Assembly (NCBI GenBank): GCA_944358945.1
Contig: CALVSH010000039.1
Location: 1-44,662 of the forward strand
DNA length: 44,662 nt
Direction of reading: 5' to 3'
DNA from: an uncultured Bacilli bacterium
GTDB lineage: Bacteria > Bacillota_I > Bacilli_A > RF39 > UBA660
The notes under the pieces: generated by a model
Database searches by the model: none
What the model was told of the DNA's origin: nothing
Seen by the model: only the letters and a program-made list of their open reading frames with translations
Part shown: positions 28,782 to 37,637 of the stretch, in pieces
Numbering within the stretch: the stretch's first letter is position 1
Layout: every line of letters begins with the position of its first letter
Program-made: the position numbers and the translations under genes

Positions 28782-29328
28782 AAACAGTCCCCTCCTTAAC
28801 TTCAACTTCCTCAACATAACAATTACAAACAACTTTCCTTAACAAATCACTATGTAAATTATGATGATGAAGCAAATGATGAAGCGCCCTAATAGTAGCA
28901 GCATGAGATACTACTAATATATGTTCACCAGGGTGTTTTTTTACTATATAATTTAAAAAATCACAACAACGACTAAAAACATCTTGAATAGCTTCTACTC
29001 CATTATCACTACAATTTAAATCATAATCCCAATACTTTTCTCTATCATAAAGTTCCGTAGACTTACCCGTAAACTCTCCCATATCACGTTCGATTAATCT
29101 CTTATCAGGTATTGTCTCTACTCTATCACCTACCAAGATAAAAGCCGTTTGAACTGCTCTAAGAATTGGAGACATATAGCAATAATCAAAATCAACATCC
29201 GCTAATTGTTCTCTAAGTTTCTGACATTGTCTGATACCAGTATCATTTAATTCTGTATTAGAATGTCCCTGCATTATTTTTTGATAATTATATTCCGTTT
29301 GACCATGTCTTACTAAAGTTATTTTCAT
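28768..29328 (-). CDS. Histidine phosphatase family protein (phosphoglycerate mutase-like)
   Basis: MKITLVRHGQTEYN (RHG catalytic motif), with LN..G..Q and VVSHAATIRAL downstream. Confidence 0.85.
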   Translation of the reverse strand: MKITLVRHGQTEYNYQKIMQGHSNTELNDTGIRQCQKLREQLADVDFDYCYMSPILRAVQTAFILVGDRVETIPDKRLIERDMGEFTGKSTELYDREKYWDYDLNCSDNGVEAIQDVFSRCCDFLNYIVKKHPGEHILVVSHAATIRALHHLLHHHNLHSDLLRKVVCNCYVEEVEVKEGTVYESL

Positions 29329-29402
29329 TTATACTATCCCCAATCTTTTTACAAATATGAATTATTTTATTATATAATGTGAATATTTATACTGTCAAAT
29401 AA

Positions 29403-29435
29403 ACACAAGAAAAGACCTATCTAAAAGACAGATCT
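29403..29435 (-). terminator. Intrinsic terminator after tyrS
   Basis: Minus-strand RNA reads AGAUCUGUC-UUUUA-GAUAGGUCU (9 bp including G-U pairs) followed by UUUCUUGUGUUU. Confidence 0.55.
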
Positions 29436-30661
29436 TAAAATTTTCCAATAAAGTATTTTTTCTTTCCACGTCTAACAACTACATATTTTCCTTCGATAGA
29501 AGCACTTTTTAAAACTTGATAATCTAAATCAGTAATTCTATCACCATTAACACTAATAGATCCGTTACCAATAAATTCACGAGCTTCTCTCTTACTAGAA
29601 CAAATACCAAATTCCACTAAAAACTCCACTAAATTTCCTTCCTTAGCTTCAAATGGTTCAAGCCCTTTAAAAGCATCCTCTAATTGTGAAGCAGTAAGTT
29701 CTTTAATATTACCACTGAATAAAGACTCACTAATTTTAACAGCTTCTAAATAAGCTTCTTCTCCATGTAAATCAGTAATAATTTCACGAGCAAGTGCCTT
29801 ATGAGCCTCTCTTAAATGAGGATTTTCGTTATTAGATTTTTCTAACTCCATAATCTCTTCAGGAGTCAAGAAAGTAAATATCTTCAAGTAAGAAATAACC
29901 ATTTCATCATCTACATTAATTAGATATTGATATAATTCATAACTAGATGTTTTATTACGATCCAACCATAAAGCATTTCCTTCACTCTTACCAAATTTAT
30001 TTCCATACTTGTCTAAGACTAAAGGCATCGTAAAGGCATATGCATCCTTACCAGTTTTTTTCTTAATCAAATCAAGACCAGTAGTGATATTACCCCATTG
30101 ATCAGAACCTTCTGCTTGTAAAATACATCCTTTATTCTCATATAACCATAAAAAGTCATAACCTTGAATTAAAGTATAAGTAAACTCAGCAAAAGTAATA
30201 CCAGTTTCTAATCTCCTACGAATAATATCTTTATCCAACATATAATTAATATTGATATATTTTCCTACATCTCTTAAAAAGTCTGTAAGTTCATATCCCT
30301 TAAACCAATCATAATTATTTACAACTTCTGCCTTACCATCAAAAATACGACTAACTTGTGCCTGAATCCCCTCCAAGTTTTTAGCAAGCTGTTCTTTAGA
30401 AATAATTTCTCTTTCTGCAGTAGGTCTCGGATCCCCAATAAGTCCTGTCGCCCCACCACATAACAAAATAGGATGATGTCCTGCTTTTGCCAATCTTTTA
30501 GCCGTCACTAAAGATGAATAATGTCCTAAGTGTAAACTATCTGCAGTAGGATCAGTTCCCCAGTAAAAAGTAATAGGTTCCCCATTTAATTTATCTGCAA
30601 GATCAACACCAGCTGTATCCTTAATTAACCCTCTCCATTGTAATTCTTCAAATAATGTCAT
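29435..30661 (-). CDS. tyrS: Tyrosyl-tRNA synthetase
   Basis: HIGH-type motif (DSLHLGH), KMSKS-type motif (KFGKS) and a C-terminal S4-like domain. The start ATG overlaps the CYTH stop (ATGA). Confidence 0.95.
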   Translation of the reverse strand: MTLFEELQWRGLIKDTAGVDLADKLNGEPITFYWGTDPTADSLHLGHYSSLVTAKRLAKAGHHPILLCGGATGLIGDPRPTAEREIISKEQLAKNLEGIQAQVSRIFDGKAEVVNNYDWFKGYELTDFLRDVGKYININYMLDKDIIRRRLETGITFAEFTYTLIQGYDFLWLYENKGCILQAEGSDQWGNITTGLDLIKKKTGKDAYAFTMPLVLDKYGNKFGKSEGNALWLDRNKTSSYELYQYLINVDDEMVISYLKIFTFLTPEEIMELEKSNNENPHLREAHKALAREIITDLHGEEAYLEAVKISESLFSGNIKELTASQLEDAFKGLEPFEAKEGNLVEFLVEFGICSSKREAREFIGNGSISVNGDRITDLDYQVLKSASIEGKYVVVRRGKKKYFIGKF

Positions 30662-31203
30662 TTTCTCTCCTCCTCTAGTTTTAAATCATAAATTTTATTT
30701 AATTGATGTCCATAATCTAAATAGATTCCTTCTACATCTCGACTAGTAACATCATCTTTCGAAATATCTAGTTTTTCTAAAATACGATAGACATCCTCTT
30801 CACTCTTTCCCTCTATCTCTAAATAAGTAGGTATCATTGGCCAAGAATCAATATCGACCTCAACTCCATCAAGAATATATTGACGACGTCTATTCTCTTG
30901 ATATCCTTTAGCTTGAAAACCTAATTCATTAAGAATCAAATTTGTCTTCTCAAAATCATCAACTTCAATTTCTAACTCTTGTGTACCATCAATACTAGAA
31001 GAAACAATATTTTTAATAGTAAGAGTTGTCTTATCACCATTGGTTCGTAAACGTATCCACTTACCATCAATCTTAGGAATAAAATCATATACATAACGTC
31101 TTTGTAAATGATCCCATTCTAAAACAGCACCAGCCATCTTTAATTTTTCTTCCATCATATCAATATCAATATCCAAGACTCTAACTTCATATTCCGTATG
31201 CAT
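30658..31203 (-). CDS. CYTH-domain protein (CyaB/ThTPase-like triphosphate tunnel metalloenzyme)
   Basis: ATG 31203 is preferred (GGAGG lies 5 nt upstream). EYEVRV (ExExK-type start), WIRLR...TLTIK, ELEIEV, RRRQY and the TYLEIEG strands are typical of CYTH. Confidence 0.8.
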   Translation of the reverse strand: MHTEYEVRVLDIDIDMMEEKLKMAGAVLEWDHLQRRYVYDFIPKIDGKWIRLRTNGDKTTLTIKNIVSSSIDGTQELEIEVDDFEKTNLILNELGFQAKGYQENRRRQYILDGVEVDIDSWPMIPTYLEIEGKSEEDVYRILEKLDISKDDVTSRDVEGIYLDYGHQLNKIYDLKLEEERK

Positions 31204-31213
31204 ATTAACCTCC

Positions 31214-31432
31214 AAAAAAAAGAACTATTCCCCCCATAAGGACGAACAGTTCGCGGTACCACCTTACTTTATAGATTTCTCTATACACTCAAATATCTTA
31301 ACGCGATAAACGATTTTTCTCCGAATGTTGTAATTTCATAATTATCTACCCCTAGTTTTCACCAACCACTAGGTCTCTACAAGTATAAATAATTACTAAG
31401 AATCATTCATCAACAAAAATTGATGTCTCTAA
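31214..31432 (-). promoter_or_regulatory. T-box riboswitch leader, Tyr (UAC) specifier, with intrinsic terminator
   Basis: Minus strand contains AGUA, GGUGAAAA (distal Stem I), a specifier loop GAAAU-UAC-A (UAC = 31330-31332) and the canonical T-box AAGGUGGUACCGCG (31252-31263). The terminator GAACUGUUC...GAAUAGUUC plus U8 directly abuts the RBS of the CYTH gene. Confidence 0.88.
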
Positions 31433-31479
31433 TATATCATAGTTTTAAAAAAATGAAAAGTACCAAAAAAGAAAAAGAA

Positions 31480-31896
31480 TTACTTCTTTTCCCCTTCTTC
31501 TAACTTCTTTAATACCTCTTTTGTAACATCAATAGCTTTAAGACGAACCTCTTCAGCAGCATCTCTAAGTACTGGAGTTCCTTTATCAATAGCTAAATCA
31601 ACTAACTCTTGAGCCTTATCTTTAATTTGAAGAGCCTTCTCCTTCGCAATCTCTAAAGCTTTTTCCTTATCTAAATCTGCAAGATCACGTTTTACTTCTT
31701 CTAACTTTTGATTAAACTCTTCTTTTACTTCTTCCACATCAATATTTTTAATTTGATTTACTAAATCATTCATTTTCTCTTTTAAAAGAGCTCTTGTTTC
31801 ACTACCTTTCTTAGGTGCAAATAAAATACCTAACCCAGCACCTATAGCAGCACCAGCAACAAATTTACCTATTCCTGATTTTTTTTCTTTACTCAT
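31480..31896 (-). CDS. YtxH-like protein
   Basis: From Met29 of the track ORF (RBS AAGGAGG): GKFVAGAAIGAGLGILFAPKKGSETR followed by a long charged helix. This is YtxH-family architecture. Confidence 0.75.
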   Translation of the reverse strand: MSKEKKSGIGKFVAGAAIGAGLGILFAPKKGSETRALLKEKMNDLVNQIKNIDVEEVKEEFNQKLEEVKRDLADLDKEKALEIAKEKALQIKDKAQELVDLAIDKGTPVLRDAAEEVRLKAIDVTKEVLKKLEEGEKK

Positions 31897-32179
31897 GTAA
31901 ATCCTCCTTATCCTTTTCATTATTATTAAATATTTTAGAAATAATATTGGTAAAAAAGCCAAACACTTTATCACCAACAACAGAAAGACTATATCCAGTC
32001 CTATCTAAGAATTCAAAAAATCCATTAAAAGAATTTACTTTATTCTCTACATTATCAATAATACGATCAACTTTATCTAAGACCTGAATCATTCTAATTC
32101 CTAAAATAATTAACACTATTAATAATATGATACCAAATATATATAATAATACTGGTAATATGGCATTTAACAAATCCAT
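31889..32179 (-). CDS. DUF948 (YtxG-like) membrane protein
   Basis: An N-terminal TM helix followed by a helical region (VLDKVDRIIDNVENKV). It overlaps the YtxH-like gene by 8 nt, the same pairing as ytxG-ytxH in Bacillus. Confidence 0.7.
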   Translation of the reverse strand: MDLLNAILPVLLYIFGIILLIVLIILGIRMIQVLDKVDRIIDNVENKVNSFNGFFEFLDRTGYSLSVVGDKVFGFFTNIISKIFNNNEKDKEDLHE

Positions 32180-32191
32180 GCTTTATCCTCC

Positions 32192-33298
32192 TTATTCTTT
32201 TTCTTCTTCATACATAGAATCAATAAGATCAAAAAGATTATCATCACTTGCAGGATCTGTCGTAATATCTTTCTCTACAGGATTACTTAAAGAAGTAGTT
32301 TTTTCTTCATGTGCACCAGTCTCTCTCTTTTCTTCTTCATCGTAATTTTCTGTTACTCTACGACCAGTTGCTTTCTCTTTACTAGAATCTTTATAATCAA
32401 TATTATATTCTAATCCCAAATCTCTGAAATATTCTTCCGCATCTCCCATAGTTATTTCCGAAACACTTGGCTTTTCATCATCACGACTTAAATCAACCAA
32501 TAAATTTTCTTCTTCTTTTTCTTCATAAACTTCTTCAGGTTCTAAATCAAAATCACTATCATTGATATCAGCAGCAATATCATCCGCTAAATTACCATAT
32601 GCTTTTCTTCTAACGTCATCTACACTCATATGCTCTCTTGTATAACTAGATAAACGAACTTCTCTCTTTGGTACAATTTCTTCCTTTTTATAGTTCTTAT
32701 CCAAAATACCATAAATAGGAGAAATAATTGGAGAAGGTTTAAAAGCTGTTTTCTTTTCTTTTTCATAAGTTCCATACTCATGAATTGGAATATCATTATA
32801 ATCATTATGATATAAATTAGAATCACGGCTTCCATGATAAGCATTATCTATAGAAGAACTATTGGTATGATAATCAGCTTCTGCTTCTTTTCTAGTAGAA
32901 CCCTGATATAAATTTTTCTCTTCTACAACAGGAGTTTCTTCTTTCTCTACAACCTCTACTATCTTAGGTTCATTATAATAATTTTTCTCACCAAATTCCC
33001 TATCATCAACTGCAGGAAACTTAAACTCATTTGTTTCTTCTACTTCTTCTCTTTCAGGAACAATTTCAAAATCTTCATCCCTTGGTTTATAATCATTATA
33101 ATCTTCTACTTCTTCTTTTCTCTCTGGTAAAACAACTTTCTTTGCGATAGGCTTATTTTCATAAACTTTAACAGCATCCTTATTCTGTTTTACCTCCTTT
33201 TTAGGTTTTTCTCTTCTAGGTCTTGGCTTTGGCTTTTCTTCTACTTCAACATACTCTTCCTCAAAAAGTGCATTCTTAATCTTATCAAAAACGCCCAT
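32192..33298 (-). CDS. Highly acidic, low-complexity protein with an N-terminal amphipathic helix; unknown function
   Basis: 368-aa ORF with a good RBS (AGAGGTGA). The N-terminus is MGVFDKIKNALFEEE, there is a central PSPIISPIYGIL motif, and Glu/Asp/Lys-rich sequence runs throughout. Confidence 0.55.
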   Translation of the reverse strand: MGVFDKIKNALFEEEYVEVEEKPKPRPRREKPKKEVKQNKDAVKVYENKPIAKKVVLPERKEEVEDYNDYKPRDEDFEIVPEREEVEETNEFKFPAVDDREFGEKNYYNEPKIVEVVEKEETPVVEEKNLYQGSTRKEAEADYHTNSSSIDNAYHGSRDSNLYHNDYNDIPIHEYGTYEKEKKTAFKPSPIISPIYGILDKNYKKEEIVPKREVRLSSYTREHMSVDDVRRKAYGNLADDIAADINDSDFDLEPEEVYEEKEEENLLVDLSRDDEKPSVSEITMGDAEEYFRDLGLEYNIDYKDSSKEKATGRRVTENYDEEEKRETGAHEEKTTSLSNPVEKDITTDPASDDNLFDLIDSMYEEEKE

Positions 33299-33311
33299 AT
33301 CTTCACCTCTT

Positions 33312-33986
33312 CTAATCTACTTCATTTATTTCGAAATTATCTTCATAAATCTCTTCCCCTGTACTAACATCTGCATCTACATAGTCATCAAATTCCAAAA
33401 CGGAATCATTACTACTATCTGTTTTTGACTCAAATATATTAAAAGATTCTTCTTTATAATCTAATACATTCTCACCAATTAAACTTTCTAGAACTTTATC
33501 ATGAAAATTTACAGACTGTAGAATATAACATATATTATTGATAACAGGTACTAAATACTCCCTTGGAACATAAGCTTCAATTTTTGAATAATTAAAGACC
33601 ATTTCAATAAAGTATTCATCACCATCTTCATTAATTTCGATATAACCATTCTTTTTATTATAATTTAACTTTTCTGAATAATAAGCATCCTTATCTACTT
33701 TATAGGTATTTTTTGTCTCATGATAATACCCAATAGCGTCAATATATAAATAATAATAATTAGAATACTTATCTTGTAATAAAGCATTATAATCATCCTT
33801 ATTTACAAATCTCATACCACTAGGTACATAATACTCATACCCATCAAAACTAACATTTGCCAAGTCAGTATCTTCTGATAATATTGTAGAAATATTACTT
33901 TGAAAGTCAGTAGCACTCAACTGCTGAATACTACAACCAGATACTAATACTAGCACAATAGAGAGCAAAACTAATCTTTTCTTCAT
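33312..33986 (-). CDS. Lipoprotein, unknown function
   Basis: MKKRLVLLSIVLVLVSGC is a signal peptide with a lipobox (LVSGC). 224 aa. No family recognised. Confidence 0.65.
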   Translation of the reverse strand: MKKRLVLLSIVLVLVSGCSIQQLSATDFQSNISTILSEDTDLANVSFDGYEYYVPSGMRFVNKDDYNALLQDKYSNYYYLYIDAIGYYHETKNTYKVDKDAYYSEKLNYNKKNGYIEINEDGDEYFIEMVFNYSKIEAYVPREYLVPVINNICYILQSVNFHDKVLESLIGENVLDYKEESFNIFESKTDSSNDSVLEFDDYVDADVSTGEEIYEDNFEINEVD

Positions 33987-34042
33987 ATTTCACCTACTCT
34001 TATTACATTATATCAAATTTTTAATAAATGTAAAAATTTTTT

Positions 34043-34690
34043 CTATTTATTTACTGTTTTAGACACTTTAACAGCTCTCACAGAATAAATAGGTAATCCC
34101 TTACTAGAAAACTTATCTTCATACTCAGTTGTAATAAGATCATCAGGTGCATTTTTGTGTAGATCAAAGGTAAGATCTTTAAGGACATAAAAAGCCTCAC
34201 TAAAACTCATCAATGAGTAACAAAATAAATCTGCATTATCAGTTCTCATCCATATATCATAATCACCTTGAAAGATAGAAGAATACTTCTCCAAAAAAAC
34301 TTTACTAGAAAGTCTTCGCAAATGATGTCGAACTTTAGGCCATGGATCAGAAAAATTTAAATAAATTCGACTAACTTCATGAGAAAATACTTGATCAATT
34401 TCTAAGGCATCCATACGTACAATAGCTAAATTATCTAAATCAGCATCGATACGAGGTAAACACCTAGCTACAACACTATCATATTTTTCAATACCAATAA
34501 AATTAATATCAGGATAACGTCTAGCATTTTCTCTAATAAACTGACCTTTGCCCATTCCAATTTCAATGTAAATAGGATTATCATTACCAAAATAACTTGA
34601 CCATTTTCCACAATAATCTTTTGGATTTTTTACTAAAAAAGGTGAAGCATTTAAAATTTCTTCTTTATTTTTTACATTTCTTAGTCTCAT
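34043..34690 (-). CDS. trmB: tRNA (guanine-N7)-methyltransferase
   Basis: IEIGMGKGQF (SAM-binding loop), FIGIE and NFSDPWPK motifs; 215 aa. Confidence 0.9.
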   Translation of the reverse strand: MRLRNVKNKEEILNASPFLVKNPKDYCGKWSSYFGNDNPIYIEIGMGKGQFIRENARRYPDINFIGIEKYDSVVARCLPRIDADLDNLAIVRMDALEIDQVFSHEVSRIYLNFSDPWPKVRHHLRRLSSKVFLEKYSSIFQGDYDIWMRTDNADLFCYSLMSFSEAFYVLKDLTFDLHKNAPDDLITTEYEDKFSSKGLPIYSVRAVKVSKTVNK

Positions 34691-34761
34691 ATCATCACAT
34701 CCCTCATATATTATAACAGAAATAAAACTTCATGCATATAATAAAACGACAGGAGGAACGT

Positions 34762-34965
34762 ATGAACGGCTTTGTATTTCCATATTTACCCGTCCCACCA
34801 CAGCAACCTGGACAACAAATGCCACCACCTAGACCCGATAACATCCAACAAGAAATCGAAAAATTAAAACAAGAAATCAATCAATTAAAAAAACGTATAG
34901 CGAATCTAGAACAAAAGCCACAGAATGACTATTTACAAAAAGAGGACGGAATGTATATGATTTGA
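34762..34965 (+). CDS. Small Pro/Gln-rich + coiled-coil protein, unknown function
   Basis: ATG 34762 is preceded by AGGAGGA. The 67-aa product is MNGFVFPYLPVPPQQPGQQMPPPRPD followed by a heptad-like EIEKLKQEINQLKKRIANLE. A terminator follows. Confidence 0.45.
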   Translation: MNGFVFPYLPVPPQQPGQQMPPPRPDNIQQEIEKLKQEINQLKKRIANLEQKPQNDYLQKEDGMYMI

Positions 34966-34988
34966 ACACAATTGAGTGTTCTTTTTTG
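34964..34988 (+). terminator. Intrinsic terminator
   Basis: GAACAC-AATTGA-GTGTTC followed by a T6 run. Confidence 0.6.
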
Positions 34989-35035
34989 TTGGAAAAAATG
35001 GTTTTGTGATATACTAGTAAAGAAAGGGTGATTAT

Positions 35036-36361
35036 ATGACCAAACTAGTAAGATTAAACGAAGAAAAATATGAAAATTTTCTAAAGAAACAAAAAAAATC
35101 TCACTTTTTACAATCTTATGCCTGGGGACAATTATCAAAAGTAAAAAAGAATTTAACACCTCATTACTTAGGTTTAATTGATGAAGAAGAAAATATACTC
35201 GCAACTGCTTTAATACTAGAAAAACATCTTCCCCTAAACTATTCTTATTTCTACTGTCCAAGAGGTTATGTAATTGATTATGAAAACAAAGAATTATTAA
35301 CGACTATGACAAAAGAAATAATAAAGTTTGTGAAAAGTAAAAAAGCAATATTTGTAAAAATAGATCCCGACTTAATCTATAAAGACTACAACTATCAAAA
35401 TGAAGAACAAGAACTTCCTTACGATATCAATAAAATATTTGAAACACTAAAAAGTCTAGGTTACAAACATCAAGGATTTACCAAAAACTTTGAAACAATG
35501 CAACCAAGATATACTTTTCGAATAGACTTAAATCAAAGTTTAGAGGAAATAGAAAACCATTTTTCTAAAACAACTAAACAACGTATCGCTAAAGCTAAAA
35601 AACTAGATACCTATGTAGAAATTGGTACTGAGAAAGATATCAAAGAGTTCTATCATTTAATGATGTTAACAGAAACCAGAAAAGACTTTGTTTCTTATAA
35701 TGAAGACTATTACAAAACTTTATATGATATTTTTAATGGTGGTCAAAACTCTAAAGCTACTCTATTCTTAGGCAAAGTAGATATTGATAAAACACTAACA
35801 AAAATAAAAGATAATCTAAAAGCTATAAACAATCAAATATCAATTCTTCCAATTGATAATCTAAGTAAAAGTGCTAAGAATAAATTAAAAGAACTTACAA
35901 GACAAAAAGAAAACTGCAACAAAGAGATTGAAAAGTATGAAAAATATAAAAAAGAATATGGAAACAACTTAACTTTAAGTGCACATATGATTGTAGAATA
36001 TGCTGATAAAGCCTGGGTCTTATATGCAGGAAATCATAATATTCTAACAGAAACATATGTAAACTATTATACTTATGAACAACACATTAAATATTGTAAA
36101 GAAAAAGGTCTAAAAGTATATGATCAATTTGGTACCATTGGTGATTTATCAAAAGACAATCCTCGTTATGGACTTCACGAATTCAAAAGAAAATTTGGTG
36201 GAGACTATGTGGAATTCTTAGGAGAATTTGACTACATTACCAATAAACCAATGTACTTTATCTTTACAAAGTTAGTACCATTCTACAGAAAAATCATAAG
36301 AAACAAAAGCAAGAAGGTGATAGAAAATGAAGTTAAAAACACTAACGAAAGAGGAGTTTAA
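35036..36361 (+). CDS. FemAB-family aminoacyl-tRNA-dependent peptidyltransferase (peptidoglycan interpeptide bridge formation), copy 1
   Basis: The N-terminus is FLQSYAWGQL, followed by FYCPRGYVIDY, F.KIDP and TKQRI.KA. A roughly 60-aa coiled-coil insert is present, and the C-terminus has YDQFG and L.EFKRKFGG. This is FemA/FemB/FemX-type architecture. Confidence 0.85.
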   Translation: MTKLVRLNEEKYENFLKKQKKSHFLQSYAWGQLSKVKKNLTPHYLGLIDEEENILATALILEKHLPLNYSYFYCPRGYVIDYENKELLTTMTKEIIKFVKSKKAIFVKIDPDLIYKDYNYQNEEQELPYDINKIFETLKSLGYKHQGFTKNFETMQPRYTFRIDLNQSLEEIENHFSKTTKQRIAKAKKLDTYVEIGTEKDIKEFYHLMMLTETRKDFVSYNEDYYKTLYDIFNGGQNSKATLFLGKVDIDKTLTKIKDNLKAINNQISILPIDNLSKSAKNKLKELTRQKENCNKEIEKYEKYKKEYGNNLTLSAHMIVEYADKAWVLYAGNHNILTETYVNYYTYEQHIKYCKEKGLKVYDQFGTIGDLSKDNPRYGLHEFKRKFGGDYVEFLGEFDYITNKPMYFIFTKLVPFYRKIIRNKSKKVIENEVKNTNERGV

Positions 36362-37622
36362 AAAGTTTGCAGACAAAAGTCCACAAATTACTTTTCACCA
36401 AACAACATCCTGGGCTAATTTAAAAAAGAAAAACAACTGGCAAGCACATTATATAGGACTAGAAGATAATGACACAATTGTAGCAACTAGCCTTATTCTT
36501 TCCAAAATGCTACCATTTGTCAAAAAAAATATGTTCTATGCCCCTCGTGGATTTTTAATTGACTACAAAGATGAAAAATTATTATCAGAGTTTACCAAGC
36601 AATTAAAAGAATATGCGAAAAAAAATAATGCCATCTTTGTAAAAATTGATCCCTATGTAGAATATAAAGAAAGAGACAATAATGGTGAACTAGTAGAAAA
36701 TGGAATAGATAACAGTGTTGCGGTTGAAAACTTAAAAAAACTAGGTTACAAACACTTTGGATTTAATTTAATGCAAGATACTCTACAACCAAGATGGATG
36801 CATGTAATTGAAACAGAAGGAAAAACTATCGATGACATCATGAAAGATATGGAATCAAAAACTAGACAAATCCTAAGAAAAAATGAACGTTCAGGTATTC
36901 ACACTAGAGAAATATCAAAAGAAGAATTACCAATTTTTAAAGATATCATGCAACATACAAGTGACCGTCGTGAATTTGTAGATAGACCTCTATCTTATTA
37001 CGAAAATATGTGGGATGCCCTTCATGATGATGGAATTCTTAAAATACTAGTAGCTGAAATAAACTTCAAAGAATTTGAACAAAAAACAAAAGAAGAATTA
37101 GAAACAAACGAAAAAGAATTAAAGGATAGAATCTATAAAAAAGAAAACAACATCTTAAAGATGAATCCTAAAAAATATGAAAGTCACAATAAGCAAAACG
37201 AAAATGAAATCGAAAGGTTAAAAAAACAACTAGAAAAAATTAAAGATTATAAAGAAAAATTTGGCGAAAAAAAATTACTAGGAGGAATATTATTCCTAGT
37301 CTATGGAAATGAAGTATTATCCTTATACGGAGGAACATTAGATGATGTTATGCAATTTCAATCTGCCTACACCGTTCACTTTGCCGGTATAAAATACGCA
37401 GTAGAACACGGCTATAAAAGATATAACTTCTATGGCATCACAGGAGACTTCAGAAAAGAAAATCCCCTATATGGATTATACCTATTCAAAAAAAGTTTTG
37501 GAGGACACGTAGTAGAACTAATAGGAGAATTTGACTATATCATATCCCCTACTTGGTATCACTTATATAATATAGCCTTCAATACTTATCATAAAATTAA
37601 AAATTTAAAGAAGAAAAAATAA
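36327..37622 (+). CDS. FemAB-family peptidyltransferase, copy 2
   Basis: Same motif order (FHQTTSWANL, FYAPRGFLIDY, F.KIDP, a coiled-coil insert, YNFYGI and LYLFKKSFGG). Overlaps copy 1 by 35 nt. RBS is AAGGTGA. Confidence 0.85.
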   Translation: MKLKTLTKEEFKKFADKSPQITFHQTTSWANLKKKNNWQAHYIGLEDNDTIVATSLILSKMLPFVKKNMFYAPRGFLIDYKDEKLLSEFTKQLKEYAKKNNAIFVKIDPYVEYKERDNNGELVENGIDNSVAVENLKKLGYKHFGFNLMQDTLQPRWMHVIETEGKTIDDIMKDMESKTRQILRKNERSGIHTREISKEELPIFKDIMQHTSDRREFVDRPLSYYENMWDALHDDGILKILVAEINFKEFEQKTKEELETNEKELKDRIYKKENNILKMNPKKYESHNKQNENEIERLKKQLEKIKDYKEKFGEKKLLGGILFLVYGNEVLSLYGGTLDDVMQFQSAYTVHFAGIKYAVEHGYKRYNFYGITGDFRKENPLYGLYLFKKSFGGHVVELIGEFDYIISPTWYHLYNIAFNTYHKIKNLKKKK

Positions 37623-37637
37623 ATACCAAGCACCAGC

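Noticed and set aside
34929-35261. 110-aa minus-strand ORF overlapping the first FemAB gene, and 39190-39402 (+) overlapping the murJ-like start and the Cse60-like ORF
   Set aside because: These are shadow ORFs opposite well-supported genes, with no RBS.
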